A program made the translations under genes and the position numbers. Below, one piece after another: positions 47,531-57,160 of a stretch of DNA of 64,000 nt. The DNA comes from an uncultured Alphaproteobacteria bacterium (GTDB lineage Bacteria > Pseudomonadota > Alphaproteobacteria > RF32 > CAG-239), in NCBI GenBank assembly GCA_934271715.1, contig CAKQRZ010000006.1, forward strand, positions 30,218-94,217, read 5' to 3'. The notes under the pieces were generated by a model. That model did not search any database and was not told the DNA's origin. It saw only the letters and a list, made by a program, of their open reading frames with translations. Position 1 is the first letter of the stretch, and each line of letters opens with the position of its first letter.

Positions 47531-47779
47531 TTAGCTGAAGATTTTTTTAACACCATTGTAAGCTAATATCATTGCAATGACATAGAAGAATCCAGCACAA
47601 ACGTTTGAAAAACTCCATGAAAAGCTTAAAACTGAGCTAAATGGTGCAAACAAAGATCCTAACCACCAAAAGAAAATTATCGCCAATACAGCACCGATGA
47701 TGTTTGAAATACCGGATAAATCGCTGTTGCGCAAAATACCCCAAACTACCAAAACGATGAAAGCAATTACAAGTCCCAT
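47531..47779 (-). CDS. small hydrophobic membrane protein
   Basis: 82 aa with 3 predicted helices. Shares a 5' flank motif with the 25-codon ORF at 47401-47478. Confidence 0.4.
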   Translation of the reverse strand: MGLVIAFIVLVVWGILRNSDLSGISNIIGAVLAIIFFWWLGSLFAPFSSVLSFSWSFSNVCAGFFYVIAMILAYNGVKKIFS

Positions 47780-47989
47780 AATTAAAAAATTTTAAGAGTT
47801 TAACGATTGAATTTTAAATAACCTAAATTAAAGTAAAATAGACGTTAATCCTAAAACAGAAAAACTACGAAACCTATACATAACATGTAAACAAAATTTC
47901 TTCTATAATACTTAATTTAATCAATTTTATTATAGACATTTTTTTGCATTTTGGCAATAAAAAAAGAGACCGGAAGCCTCTTTTTTGTT

Positions 47990-48625
47990 TTATTTTTTGC
48001 TTTGATACCACTTGACGGCATCGGCGCATTGTTCCTGCGTCATTCCCTTGACGCGGCAGCGGTTGACTTCCACTGTCGGCGCCTTATCCAAATTATAGCA
48101 CCCCTCGCCCAGCAGCACCACATCCTTATAGGTTCTTACACCCGGGTTGAGCCGGTTCATCTGAATAGAAGTATCCATATCCGGCCAATGCAGCTTAAAG
48201 CTGAAGTTTGTGACGCGTTCGGTTAAATCATTCAGCACATAAATACGCAGCGAACAGCGCACCCAATCGTCAAAACTGCGGTTGATTTTATAATCTTCGT
48301 ACGAAATCAAAATAGAGCGCGGCGGATTGTCTATCACAATGTCGCCGTCAACCATTTTCAGAGTATAAACTTTGCGCTCGCTGTTATCATACACTTCCGG
48401 CTCGTCGTTGCTGAAATTTTTGACAACGTAGTTTGGAGCGCCGTTTTCATCCAATATCGGCATATCGGCGTTGTCTTTTTTTTGAGCTGCTGCAGACGGC
48501 TGAGCCGTTTTAGCTTTTTGCTGCGCCTGAGTTTTCGGTGCATTTTGCGACGGCGCCAGCATCTGAGCCTGAACAGCTGAAGAAATTTCGCATAAAAGCA
48601 GCAATGTGCAAAGTTTTTTTAGCAT
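47990..48625 (-). CDS. secreted hypothetical protein (paralog of the upstream gene)
   Basis: Signal peptide, Q/A/K-rich linker, and a conserved Cys pattern shared with 48643-49350. Confidence 0.6.
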   Translation of the reverse strand: MLKKLCTLLLLCEISSAVQAQMLAPSQNAPKTQAQQKAKTAQPSAAAQKKDNADMPILDENGAPNYVVKNFSNDEPEVYDNSERKVYTLKMVDGDIVIDNPPRSILISYEDYKINRSFDDWVRCSLRIYVLNDLTERVTNFSFKLHWPDMDTSIQMNRLNPGVRTYKDVVLLGEGCYNLDKAPTVEVNRCRVKGMTQEQCADAVKWYQSKK

Positions 48626-48642
48626 ATTTTTTACCCTGAATA

Positions 48643-49350
48643 TTATTTGATTTCAGCCAAAGTAGCGTTGATATTCTGCAAATCTCTCATAGCATCGTCA
48701 TAATCGGTTTTAATTTTTGCCACTTCGCTGGCTTTTTCTTTTTCTGCCTGCTGAGCAATCACGCTTTCCGGAACATCTTTAAATTCTGAGTAATATTCCG
48801 GATTTTTGGAATCTATATAGTCAAAGTTGCCGGCGCAGCCTTTGCCTTGGCTGACAACCTTGCTGTTTTTAACCTGAACTTTTTCGCCTTCGTTCATGCA
48901 GGATTCCACCGTATAGGTCAAGTTGTCAAACAGCAGGAAGCACTTGTCGGTGTCTACGCTGACTTGAAAGCTTTTCTGCGCATGCGAAGCAATATCGCTC
49001 ATGGTTACATCGGCCGAAACAACAGTTTTAGCGTCTTTACCGGTGTTTACTTTAATATCCTGACCGTTCAGGCTGAATTTGCCGGAAATATTATCTTCCC
49101 ACGAAAACTTCAGTTTAGCTTCCGCAACAGCCTTGTTCATGCGGTTGAAAGCAGTCACGATAAAATTACATTTATCAATAATTCCGTCTTTATTGGTAAC
49201 CGGCTGAATATTTTCTATACGGAAGATAATGGCGCCCACATCGGAAGTCTCTTCTTCTTTTTTAGCTTCATCGGCATAAGCCGGATTTAAGGCGGCTGCC
49301 ATAGTCAAAGCGCCTAAACCGGATAATAACATTTTGTTAAAAATACGCAT
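48643..49350 (-). CDS. secreted hypothetical protein
   Basis: Signal peptide ending AYA-DE, 235 aa. Confidence 0.6.
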   Translation of the reverse strand: MRIFNKMLLSGLGALTMAAALNPAYADEAKKEEETSDVGAIIFRIENIQPVTNKDGIIDKCNFIVTAFNRMNKAVAEAKLKFSWEDNISGKFSLNGQDIKVNTGKDAKTVVSADVTMSDIASHAQKSFQVSVDTDKCFLLFDNLTYTVESCMNEGEKVQVKNSKVVSQGKGCAGNFDYIDSKNPEYYSEFKDVPESVIAQQAEKEKASEVAKIKTDYDDAMRDLQNINATLAEIK

Positions 49351-49427
49351 TTTTTTACTCCAAACTATTTAAATATGCTGACAGTATATTGCCTTATTAT
49401 TTAATTTTCCTTAATTTTTTGAAAAAT

Positions 49428-50231
49428 TCAAGCCTCTTGCAATTTTCGCTGCAGGCGCAGCAAATCGCTCCAAGCCTTATTTTTTTGCTGCGGGCTTCTC
49501 AGCAAATACGCCGGATGGAAGCTGGATAAGGTCGGGATAACCTTGCCGCCCGCTGTTGTGTAGTCTATCACATGGCCGCGCAGGTGCGAGATGCTCTCGG
49601 CATTATTCAGCACCGCATTAGCCGCGCTTCCGCCCAGCAGAAAAATACATTTAGGATTAACCAGCTCTATCTGTCTTTGCAAAAACGGCAGGCATACCGC
49701 AACTTCGCCGTCGGTCGGAGTGCGGTTTCCGGGCGGACGCCACGGCAGCACATTGGTAATATAGCATTCATCGCGGTTCAGCCCGATAGCGGCAAGCATT
49801 TTAGTCAGTAGCTGCCCGCTGCGCCCGACAAACGGCTTGCCCTGCATATCTTCATCTGCTCCCGGAGCTTCGCCGATAAGCATAACTTCAGCCGTAGGGC
49901 TGCCATAGCCGAAAACTGTGGAATTTGCCGAAAATTTTAATGAACAGCCTTCAAATTTTTCCATAACCGCACGGAGTTCATCCAGAGTCTGCGCCGCGGC
50001 GCAGACTTCGCGGGCATTATTGCAGGCGCCGCTGTTATTCTGCGCCAGCAATGTCGTTGCCGGACGCATTTCCACCGCCTGACGGATCGGAAGCACAGGC
50101 TGAGCCGCCGCACTATTCATCGGCTGAGGCACAGGAGCTGTTTTTGCCTGCAAAGCATTAAGCGGAGCATCGCTGCAGATTTCATCCACACCGCTCAGCA
50201 TATACCATTGCAAAATTTCTTCATTGTTCAT
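49428..50231 (-). CDS. uracil-DNA glycosylase, family 4
   Basis: [23 protein letters not shown] and HPAYLLR motifs. The ATG at 50231 is preferred; a TATAAT box overlaps the longer TTG-started ORF. Confidence 0.85.
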   Translation of the reverse strand: MNNEEILQWYMLSGVDEICSDAPLNALQAKTAPVPQPMNSAAAQPVLPIRQAVEMRPATTLLAQNNSGACNNAREVCAAAQTLDELRAVMEKFEGCSLKFSANSTVFGYGSPTAEVMLIGEAPGADEDMQGKPFVGRSGQLLTKMLAAIGLNRDECYITNVLPWRPPGNRTPTDGEVAVCLPFLQRQIELVNPKCIFLLGGSAANAVLNNAESISHLRGHVIDYTTAGGKVIPTLSSFHPAYLLRSPQQKNKAWSDLLRLQRKLQEA

Positions 50232-50357
50232 TTTTTCACCATCTTTGCCGATTATACGCAAAAATACTTTTTTTGCAATATACTAAAGACTCTTTACACA
50301 TTGCTAATAAATTCTATATATTATATAACTTAATTGTGCATTAGGAAAAAGAAGGCA

Positions 50358-52220
50358 ATGAATAATATTATGAAAAAAACTGTTTTTGCTGTTGTTTTAA
50401 TTTCGGCCGCCGTTTTGGCCTGCTCTCAAAACATACTTAACTTTGAAACCGCAGACAAAAATCCGATACATCCGGTGTTTGACAAAGACGGCTACTGGAA
50501 AACTCCTAATTTCAGGCTGAAACTGGAAAAAGACGGCACTCTTTCATATTATAGCTCAAAGTCTCTTTACGGCGCAGCGCTCGCCGCACATGTCGCCGCC
50601 CTCCGCCATGATTACAGTGAAGCCGCGGAATATTATAAAATTATTTTGGAAAAAAATCCGAATAATCCGGCTATAAACCGCGCCGCTTATATTCTGCTGG
50701 CCTTAAACGGAGACTGGGACACCGCAGCCGTCTATGCTCAAAAAGATTTTGACGGCGGAAACAAGGATCTGCTTTCGGCCACCGTTATTGCTGCGTATGA
50801 TTTTAATACCGGCGCTTATGCTAAAATGCGCAAAGACCTTGCGCCGCTGAACAAATCACAATTTTACAAATCTTTTGTAACTCCGCTGTTTGACGCATGG
50901 TCTTATGCCGCCGAACATCAGGAAGCCGCCGCGGTAAAAAGCCTGAATAAAATAACCGACAAACAGCTGCTGTCGCTGAAGCTGGCTCACAGCGGTATGA
51001 TTTATGACTATTTAGGCAATACAAAAAAAGCCGATGAAAGCTACAAAAAACTGCTTAAAGACTATCCGCAGGAAGTTACCTACCGCTTAATGGAAGTTAT
51101 GATAAACTTTTATGCCCGCCAAGAGCAGAAAGACTTAGCTCTGCAGATTTATAACCGCTACAATGACGGCGGCGCTCTGGCGATTTTAGTTTCCGGACTG
51201 CGGCAGAAAATAGATATGACCGATCCGGCAACTCCGGCTGTGATAAACACTCCGCAAAAGGGCTTGGCCGAAGCTATGTTTAATGTCGGCACTTTATACC
51301 GTTTTGCTAATAATGCCGAGCTTGCCCAGATATATTTAGCGGCTTCCGCTTATTTAAATCCAAACTACGATATAACTAAATTCGCGCTGGCAAATATTTA
51401 TGAAGACGGCGGCTATTATAAAGAAGCGAATCGCCTGTATGAGCAAATAGATAAAGATTCCGGCTCATATTATATCGCACAGCTGAAAATAATAGAAAAC
51501 CTTAACACGCTCAAAGATTACGGCACCGCGGCAGAAAAACTGCGTCTTCTCTTAAAAGAATATCCGGATAACATTCAGCTTTTGAATAACTTGGCAGATA
51601 TTGAACGCGAACAGAATAACAAGCAGGAAGCCGTAAAAATCTACAAAAAAGCTCTGGCTGTGCAAAAAGAGCCTAACGGCACGGTTTGGCCGATTTATTA
51701 TGCCTTAGGCGCGATTTATCATCAGGAAAATCAGCATCAGCAAGCGGTTGAATATCTGCAGAAAGCTTTGGAACTAAGCAGCCGCAACCCAAATGTTTTG
51801 AACTATTTAGGCTATGTGTACTTAACAGACGGCACCAATACAGACGAGGCGGTGCAGATGATTATTGACGCCTACAGCAAATATCCGTATGAAGGGCATA
51901 TTATAGACAGCTTAGGCTGGGTATTTTTCCGGCTGGGACAATACGACAAAGCCGCCGCTTATTTAGAGCAGGCAGCCGATATAAATCCGGCAAACGCTGT
52001 AATCTGCGACCACTTGGGCGATGCTTACTGGTTTATCGGACGCAAAAACGAGGCTGTTTATCAATGGCAGCATGCTTTGGTTCTCAAGGAAGACGCCGAC
52101 GCCATAAATAAAGAAGACATCCAAAATAAAATTGACGGCGGAATTGTAGAGAACAAAATTTTAAGCCTGACAAATCCCAAAATACAGGAAAGGCTGGACC
52201 AGCTGTCGTCCAATCAATAA
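50358..52220 (+). CDS. TPR repeat lipoprotein
   Basis: Lipobox-like AVLAC followed by many TPR-like repeats (A..Y...L...P.N). Confidence 0.7.
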   Translation: MNNIMKKTVFAVVLISAAVLACSQNILNFETADKNPIHPVFDKDGYWKTPNFRLKLEKDGTLSYYSSKSLYGAALAAHVAALRHDYSEAAEYYKIILEKNPNNPAINRAAYILLALNGDWDTAAVYAQKDFDGGNKDLLSATVIAAYDFNTGAYAKMRKDLAPLNKSQFYKSFVTPLFDAWSYAAEHQEAAAVKSLNKITDKQLLSLKLAHSGMIYDYLGNTKKADESYKKLLKDYPQEVTYRLMEVMINFYARQEQKDLALQIYNRYNDGGALAILVSGLRQKIDMTDPATPAVINTPQKGLAEAMFNVGTLYRFANNAELAQIYLAASAYLNPNYDITKFALANIYEDGGYYKEANRLYEQIDKDSGSYYIAQLKIIENLNTLKDYGTAAEKLRLLLKEYPDNIQLLNNLADIEREQNNKQEAVKIYKKALAVQKEPNGTVWPIYYALGAIYHQENQHQQAVEYLQKALELSSRNPNVLNYLGYVYLTDGTNTDEAVQMIIDAYSKYPYEGHIIDSLGWVFFRLGQYDKAAAYLEQAADINPANAVICDHLGDAYWFIGRKNEAVYQWQHALVLKEDADAINKEDIQNKIDGGIVENKILSLTNPKIQERLDQLSSNQ

Positions 52221-52316
52221 AAAAAATATAAAGAATGATTTTCCGTGCTTGACAAAAACAATATTTTGTCATAAGCTTTAGCTAAATCTTAATTATTCAC
52301 TTAAATTATTAGCCTT

Positions 52317-52718
52317 ATGGAAAGTTATTCTATTTTTCCGTTGCTGTTAATGGTTTATTTTGTTGCAGTTGCCGCCGGTTGTGCCGAATTGCCGCAAAAA
52401 GCCTTAAAGCGCTGCCCGTTTCTTTTTTACGGTACCTTAACATGCGCCACCATATTGTTTACGGCAATGTTTATTAACTTGCTGATAACAAAGGAACTTC
52501 CTGAAGCAAGCTGCTTTGAATGGTATTTCTTCTGGCCTTGCTGCGGTCTGGTGTTTATACTGACGCTGGTCGGCATGATGGAAGTTTCTAAGCGCCGCAC
52601 CCAGAAAAAACTCAGCTCCATAGAGTTTTGCCTGAGCGAACTGTTTCTAAGCGGCTCCGTTCTGACTTTAGCCGTATATTTTATATATCTGCTGATTAGC
52701 CGCAGGACAATTTTTTAG
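52317..52718 (+). CDS. hypothetical membrane protein
   Basis: 133 aa with 4 hydrophobic helices, followed by a hairpin terminator. Confidence 0.5.
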   Translation: MESYSIFPLLLMVYFVAVAAGCAELPQKALKRCPFLFYGTLTCATILFTAMFINLLITKELPEASCFEWYFFWPCCGLVFILTLVGMMEVSKRRTQKKLSSIEFCLSELFLSGSVLTLAVYFIYLLISRRTIF

Positions 52719-52806
52719 CATTAAAAGCCGAAGTTCTTTATGAACTTAGGCTTTTTGCTTGCCGGTAGAAAAGCTGAAAAAAACAGCCTAAAAACTGTCC
52801 ATTTTA

Positions 52807-52827
52807 AACGGTCGTTTTTTTTACACA
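52807..52827. repeat. solo copy of the 21-bp inverted-repeat arm (IRR type)
   Basis: aacggtcgttttttttacaca is identical to 32514-34 and 41081-101. No partner arm or internal promoter is present at this locus. Confidence 0.9.
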
Positions 52828-52860
52828 CTTTCGACCATAATAACACTTTGATTTTTCCGG

Positions 52861-52890
52861 TTGACTTATGGCGTGAGGCTGTTATAGAAT
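52861..52890 (+). promoter_or_regulatory. sigma70-like promoter of the P5 cassette
   Basis: TTGACT, 18-nt spacer, TAGAAT, upstream of the AGAGGAAAG RBS and the ATG at 52927. Confidence 0.55.
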
Positions 52891-52950
52891 TGGAGTGTAA
52901 ACAACATAATTTTAGAGGAAAGAAAGATGAAAAATAAGCTATTCAAAGGT

Positions 52951-52966
52951 CTCTCTCTCTCTCTCT
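52951..52966 (+). repeat. (CT)8 dinucleotide tract in the 5' coding leader of P5
   Basis: Counted directly. Confidence 0.95.
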
Positions 52967-53092
52967 GCAAATCCTAAACATCTGATTAAAGGCATATTTT
53001 CTGCCGCTCAGCGTGTTTTTGCAGAGTTCGGCGTAAAAAATCACACATTCGGAAATAACAAGTTCAGTAGCAACTCTATAAAGGATTCTGGA

Positions 53093-53737
53093 TTGCTTCG
53101 CGTTGCTCGCAATGACGTCTGCAGCGTGGGACGCTCTATGATAGAAATGCTGGGCGTTTTAGCGATTGTTGGTGTTTTATCCGTGGGCGGCATCGCTGGA
53201 TATTCCAAAGCGATGGAAAAGTGGAAAATAGATAAAGCCACTGAGGAATATTCGCATATTATTTTTGGAATGCTGGAGCATATTGACGATGTGCGGAAAT
53301 TAAGTCCGCAAAGCGGATATACAGGACTTGCCGACTTGGCTATTGCCTTAAACCTTATACCAAACAGCTGGAATAAAATTGGTGATAAACATTTTAAGGA
53401 CGCATACGGAAATATGGTTCAGGTGCAAGCTCGCGCCGAAAATTTAGTCTTTGATATATTTATCGGCGGTATTCAATCAAACAATGACAGCACATCATCT
53501 CCGGGGTGGTCGCCGCGTTTATGCGAATCTTTAATTTCTAATTTAGCGCAACCGTTACATTCTGCCGTAAATATTGTGAATACCTGGCAAAGTGGAAAAG
53601 GTGGGATATATTATCGCGGAGACGCATATTGCGGCGGCAATATACCTTGCGTCAGCAGCATAACGCTCAACAATATTCATGAGATGTGCAAACATTGCGA
53701 TGGCTCTCGCGAGTGCTGTATAACTCTGGAATTTTAG
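53093..53737 (+). CDS. type IV pilin/pseudopilin-like protein, paralog P5 (frame is open upstream to the CT tract)
   Basis: ...CSVG then RSMIEMLGVLAIVGVLSVGGIAGYSKAMEKWK. C-terminal C-x5-C-x12-C-x2-C-x5-CC. A possible TTG start at 53093 has an AAGGA Shine-Dalgarno sequence. Confidence 0.72.
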   Translation: MLRVARNDVCSVGRSMIEMLGVLAIVGVLSVGGIAGYSKAMEKWKIDKATEEYSHIIFGMLEHIDDVRKLSPQSGYTGLADLAIALNLIPNSWNKIGDKHFKDAYGNMVQVQARAENLVFDIFIGGIQSNNDSTSSPGWSPRLCESLISNLAQPLHSAVNIVNTWQSGKGGIYYRGDAYCGGNIPCVSSITLNNIHEMCKHCDGSRECCITLEF

Positions 53738-53832
53738 CAGATTACTTTCTTAAAAACATTTGACAAAATTTTCTAAATCAGCTATATTTTATTCAAATGT
53801 TTATAATTATGTTTCACTAAAATTTTATTTTT

Positions 53833-54345
53833 ATGGAAAATTTAAATGATTTGTATAAAGAATTCTTTTCTGCAGTTATCAATAGCGGTAAAGAGCTTTC
53901 AGTTGATGCGCTAGATATAGCGAAGCAAATAATTGCGGCTGACAAGAATGCTGATTACAATATTACCGCACCTAATATTGATGCTTTAGCCAAAGAATTA
54001 ACAGACAAAGAGAATAAAATCTCAACAAGCCGTTTGCAAAATATTCTTTTTGAATATAAGGACTACGTAGAAGACGAAAAATTTATCAGCCTGATGAAAC
54101 CGCTGTGTAAAGGTAGATATTTTTCGTTTTCAAAGTACGAAACATCTGCAAAATATGTCAAATTTTGGATTGCTGTCAGAGGATATCTGAACAAGGGAAA
54201 TTGGATAGATTTGATTCGCTTTGGCAATTGTTCGGAAAAACAATGTAAAAAGCTTTTAGGTTCATATCAAAACAGCTGTAAAAAAATTGCTGAACGTGAC
54301 CTATTGGCTATTTGCAGAGTTCTCAAAAATAGAAGGTCTTACTAA
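53833..54345 (+). CDS. hypothetical protein
   Basis: 170 aa ORF downstream of P5, AT-rich, with no recognised motif. Confidence 0.45.
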   Translation: MENLNDLYKEFFSAVINSGKELSVDALDIAKQIIAADKNADYNITAPNIDALAKELTDKENKISTSRLQNILFEYKDYVEDEKFISLMKPLCKGRYFSFSKYETSAKYVKFWIAVRGYLNKGNWIDLIRFGNCSEKQCKKLLGSYQNSCKKIAERDLLAICRVLKNRRSY

Positions 54346-54346
54346 A

Positions 54347-54388
54347 CAAAACTCCGCTTATCTTTCACGATAAGCGGAGTTTTTTTTT
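54347..54388. terminator. bidirectional terminator
   Basis: Hairpin actccgcttatc / gataagcggagt with A and T runs. Confidence 0.75.
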
Positions 54389-54400
54389 AATCTGAATATT

Positions 54401-54841
54401 TTACAAATTCTTTAATTTTTGCTGCAAAGCCCGCAGTTCGCTGATAGCGTCGCAAATCGGCGATAAATCCACCGGAGGCAAATCCGGTTCTTCAACTTTA
54501 TGCGGCAAAGGTTCCAGCCCCAAAGGCAAATCCGGCTCTTCCTCTTCAAAAAAATCTTTTTGAATTTCATCTTCGCCCAAAAGATTTTTTAAACCTTTTT
54601 CTTTAATTAGGCGCTGCGCCCCCTCAATGGTATAGCGGTTGCCGTAAAGCAGATTTTTTATCAGCTTTAAAACTTCAACATCGTCCGGACGATAATAGCG
54701 GCGTCCGCCGCTGGCTTTCATAGGTTTAATTTGCGAAAACTTAGTTTCCCAAAAGCGCAAAACATGGGTAGCGACTCCTAATTCATCAGCCACTTCGGCA
54801 ATTGTTCTAAATGCAGATTTAGACTTATTTACCACAACCAT
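54401..54841 (-). CDS. MerR family transcriptional regulator (ihfA-linked)
   Basis: [33 protein letters not shown] segment. The start is uncertain (54841 or 54862). Confidence 0.75.
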   Translation of the reverse strand: MVVVNKSKSAFRTIAEVADELGVATHVLRFWETKFSQIKPMKASGGRRYYRPDDVEVLKLIKNLLYGNRYTIEGAQRLIKEKGLKNLLGEDEIQKDFFEEEEPDLPLGLEPLPHKVEEPDLPPVDLSPICDAISELRALQQKLKNL

Positions 54842-54865
54842 AAGCGCAATATCCGTCCGCACTTA

Positions 54866-55150
54866 TTAAGCGTTGACGGCCTTTCTTAAAATTTGAGAAG
54901 GCTTAAAAGAAATAACTGTTCTCGGAGTAATCTCTGCTTCCTTACCGGTTTTAGGGTTACGACCGATACGGGCGTTTTTCTTACGCAGGCTGAAAGTGCC
55001 GAACGAAGAAATTTTTACATCCTGACCACTAACCAATTCATCTCTGATTTCATCTAAAATCATATCCAAAACATCGCCGGAATCTTTACGGGAAAGACCG
55101 ATTTCTTCATAGATTGCTTCAGTAATGCTGATACGGGTAATAGTTTTCAT
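54866..55150 (-). CDS. ihfA: integration host factor subunit alpha
   Basis: MKTITRISITEAIYEE...FGTFSLRKKNARIGRNPKTGKEAEITPRTVISFKPS, with an AGGAAG RBS. Confidence 0.9.
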   Translation of the reverse strand: MKTITRISITEAIYEEIGLSRKDSGDVLDMILDEIRDELVSGQDVKISSFGTFSLRKKNARIGRNPKTGKEAEITPRTVISFKPSQILRKAVNA

Positions 55151-55273
55151 TTCATACTTCCTAAAATACAAATTAACATTAACATAAATTTAGATGACTT
55201 TAGCACATCTTTTGCCAAAAGAAACCTTTTTAAAAAATAAATCAACAGTTTTTTGATTTATCGGCAGATTTTT

Positions 55274-56368
55274 TTATTTTGCCGGTAAAATCTCCCGCAC
55301 AAAACGCGGATTTTTACCAAGCCGCGACAGCACTTCATAGCTGATTGTTCCGGCGTCGCGGGCAATGTCGTCCAGCGTATATTCATCAAACACCAAATAC
55401 CCCCAATCGCCAGCCTGTAAATTGTCTATGCAAGTCACATCGCAAATCACATTATCCATAGAAACTCGGCCGATAATGCGCGCTTCGTTCCATTTGCCGC
55501 ACACGTTGAAAAACACCTTGCCGACATTGGAAAGCGAACGCGGCAGACCGTCGCCGTAACCGATAGAAACAATCGCAATTTTACGGTTTGACGCCGCGCG
55601 ATAAGTAGCTGAATAGCCAACAAAATCGCCTTTAGGCAAATTGGCAATCTGCAAAACCGGAGCTTTTACGGTTATAATATTCTGCATCTGGTTTAGACGG
55701 TACGGAGCCGTGTTTATACCATACATAGCCGCGCCCAAACGCACCATGTCACAGCAAAAATCAGCACCGAGAAACGCCCCGTCCGACGCCGAAAGCGTAG
55801 CCGGAATTTTCGGAAAATACTGTTGGCGGATAAAATTGAAATTATCCAGCTGATGCTGGTTCATAAAGTGGTCTTTTTCATCTGCGCAGGCTAAATGGCT
55901 CAGCACAAAAGAAAACATATTTAATTCGTCGGCGTTCAGTTTTTCCAAGTCTTCCAAACGAAACCCCAAACGGTTCAGTCCGGTTTCCACCTGAATAACC
56001 GGTTTTATGCCTTTAATCTCGTGTTCTTTCCAAAACTGCAGCATTTCCGGCGAAGCTATAACCGGAATCAGCTTATATTTTTCAAAAAGCGCCAGACTGT
56101 CGTCGCCTATTCCCTGCAGCACAAATATTTTAGCCACAGGCACTAAAGGAGCAATCTGCTCGCCCTCCACCGCATGCGCCACAAAAAAATTACGGCAATC
56201 GGCTTTATTATACAAAGTTTCCGCCACCATTTCGGCGCCCAAGCCATAGGCATTATCTTTAACCACCGCGGCGGCAACCGCCGGAGAAGCAATCTCCCGC
56301 AGTTTTTTATAGTTAGCCACTAAATTATCCAAATTTATTTGCAAAACAGGTCTTGTAAAAATGCTCAT
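55274..56368 (-). CDS. alr: alanine racemase
   Basis: PLP-lysine motif AAVVKDNAYGLG, 364 aa. Confidence 0.9.
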   Translation of the reverse strand: MSIFTRPVLQINLDNLVANYKKLREIASPAVAAAVVKDNAYGLGAEMVAETLYNKADCRNFFVAHAVEGEQIAPLVPVAKIFVLQGIGDDSLALFEKYKLIPVIASPEMLQFWKEHEIKGIKPVIQVETGLNRLGFRLEDLEKLNADELNMFSFVLSHLACADEKDHFMNQHQLDNFNFIRQQYFPKIPATLSASDGAFLGADFCCDMVRLGAAMYGINTAPYRLNQMQNIITVKAPVLQIANLPKGDFVGYSATYRAASNRKIAIVSIGYGDGLPRSLSNVGKVFFNVCGKWNEARIIGRVSMDNVICDVTCIDNLQAGDWGYLVFDEYTLDDIARDAGTISYEVLSRLGKNPRFVREILPAK

Positions 56369-56407
56369 AACTGCTATTATCTCCTCATAATTAAAAGGCT
56401 TTTAAAC

Positions 56408-57157
56408 ATGACTTACGCCGACACCCATATTCATTTGCAGGATTATAGTCCGGCAGATGTTAAAAATGTAGTAACAAACGCCAACAAAAACAACGTGTGC
56501 GAATTTGTTAACGCGTCCTCACACCCGACAGATTGGCAAAAAGTGCTGGATATTGCCGCTGAATTTACGGAAATTATTCCGGCAATCGGCATACACCCGT
56601 GGTATATTGTTGAAACGACTGCGGATTGGGCAGAACGTTTAGAAAATCTGTTGCAGCAAAATTCCCAACTTTGGCTGGGAGAATGCGGAATTGACCGGAT
56701 GAAAAATCCCGACACCGCCGAACAGCTTGCTATTTTACAAACCGAAATTGCTTTGGCGCAAAAATATCAACGTCCGCTGATTATGCACGCTGTAAAAGCC
56801 GATGAAATTCTGCGTCCGCTTTTGCCTGAACTGCCGGGAAAAACTATTTTTCATTCGTTTACAGGCTCGGCAGAATGGGGAAAAGAGCTGCAGAAGCACG
56901 GCTTTTATCTGGGGCTGAATTTTTCGGTTTTACGCAAGAAAAATTATACTGAGCTACTGAAACTGCTTAATATTCAGCAGCTGCTTTTAGAAACAGACGG
57001 ACCGTATCAATCCGGACAGAAAGACGCGCCGTCGCTGCCGCAAAACCTGCCGCTGCTGGCCGAAAAAATCGCTGCGGTTTTTAATATGCCTGTTTATAAA
57101 TTTTCAGAAATTATCGCCGCTAACTGGCGAACTTTTAAAGAAAATAAAGGAGAATAA
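56408..57157 (+). CDS. TatD family metal-dependent hydrolase
   Basis: N-terminal DTHIHL motif. The start was moved to the ATG at 56408. Confidence 0.85.
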   Translation: MTYADTHIHLQDYSPADVKNVVTNANKNNVCEFVNASSHPTDWQKVLDIAAEFTEIIPAIGIHPWYIVETTADWAERLENLLQQNSQLWLGECGIDRMKNPDTAEQLAILQTEIALAQKYQRPLIMHAVKADEILRPLLPELPGKTIFHSFTGSAEWGKELQKHGFYLGLNFSVLRKKNYTELLKLLNIQQLLLETDGPYQSGQKDAPSLPQNLPLLAEKIAAVFNMPVYKFSEIIAANWRTFKENKGE

Positions 57158-57160
57158 AAA

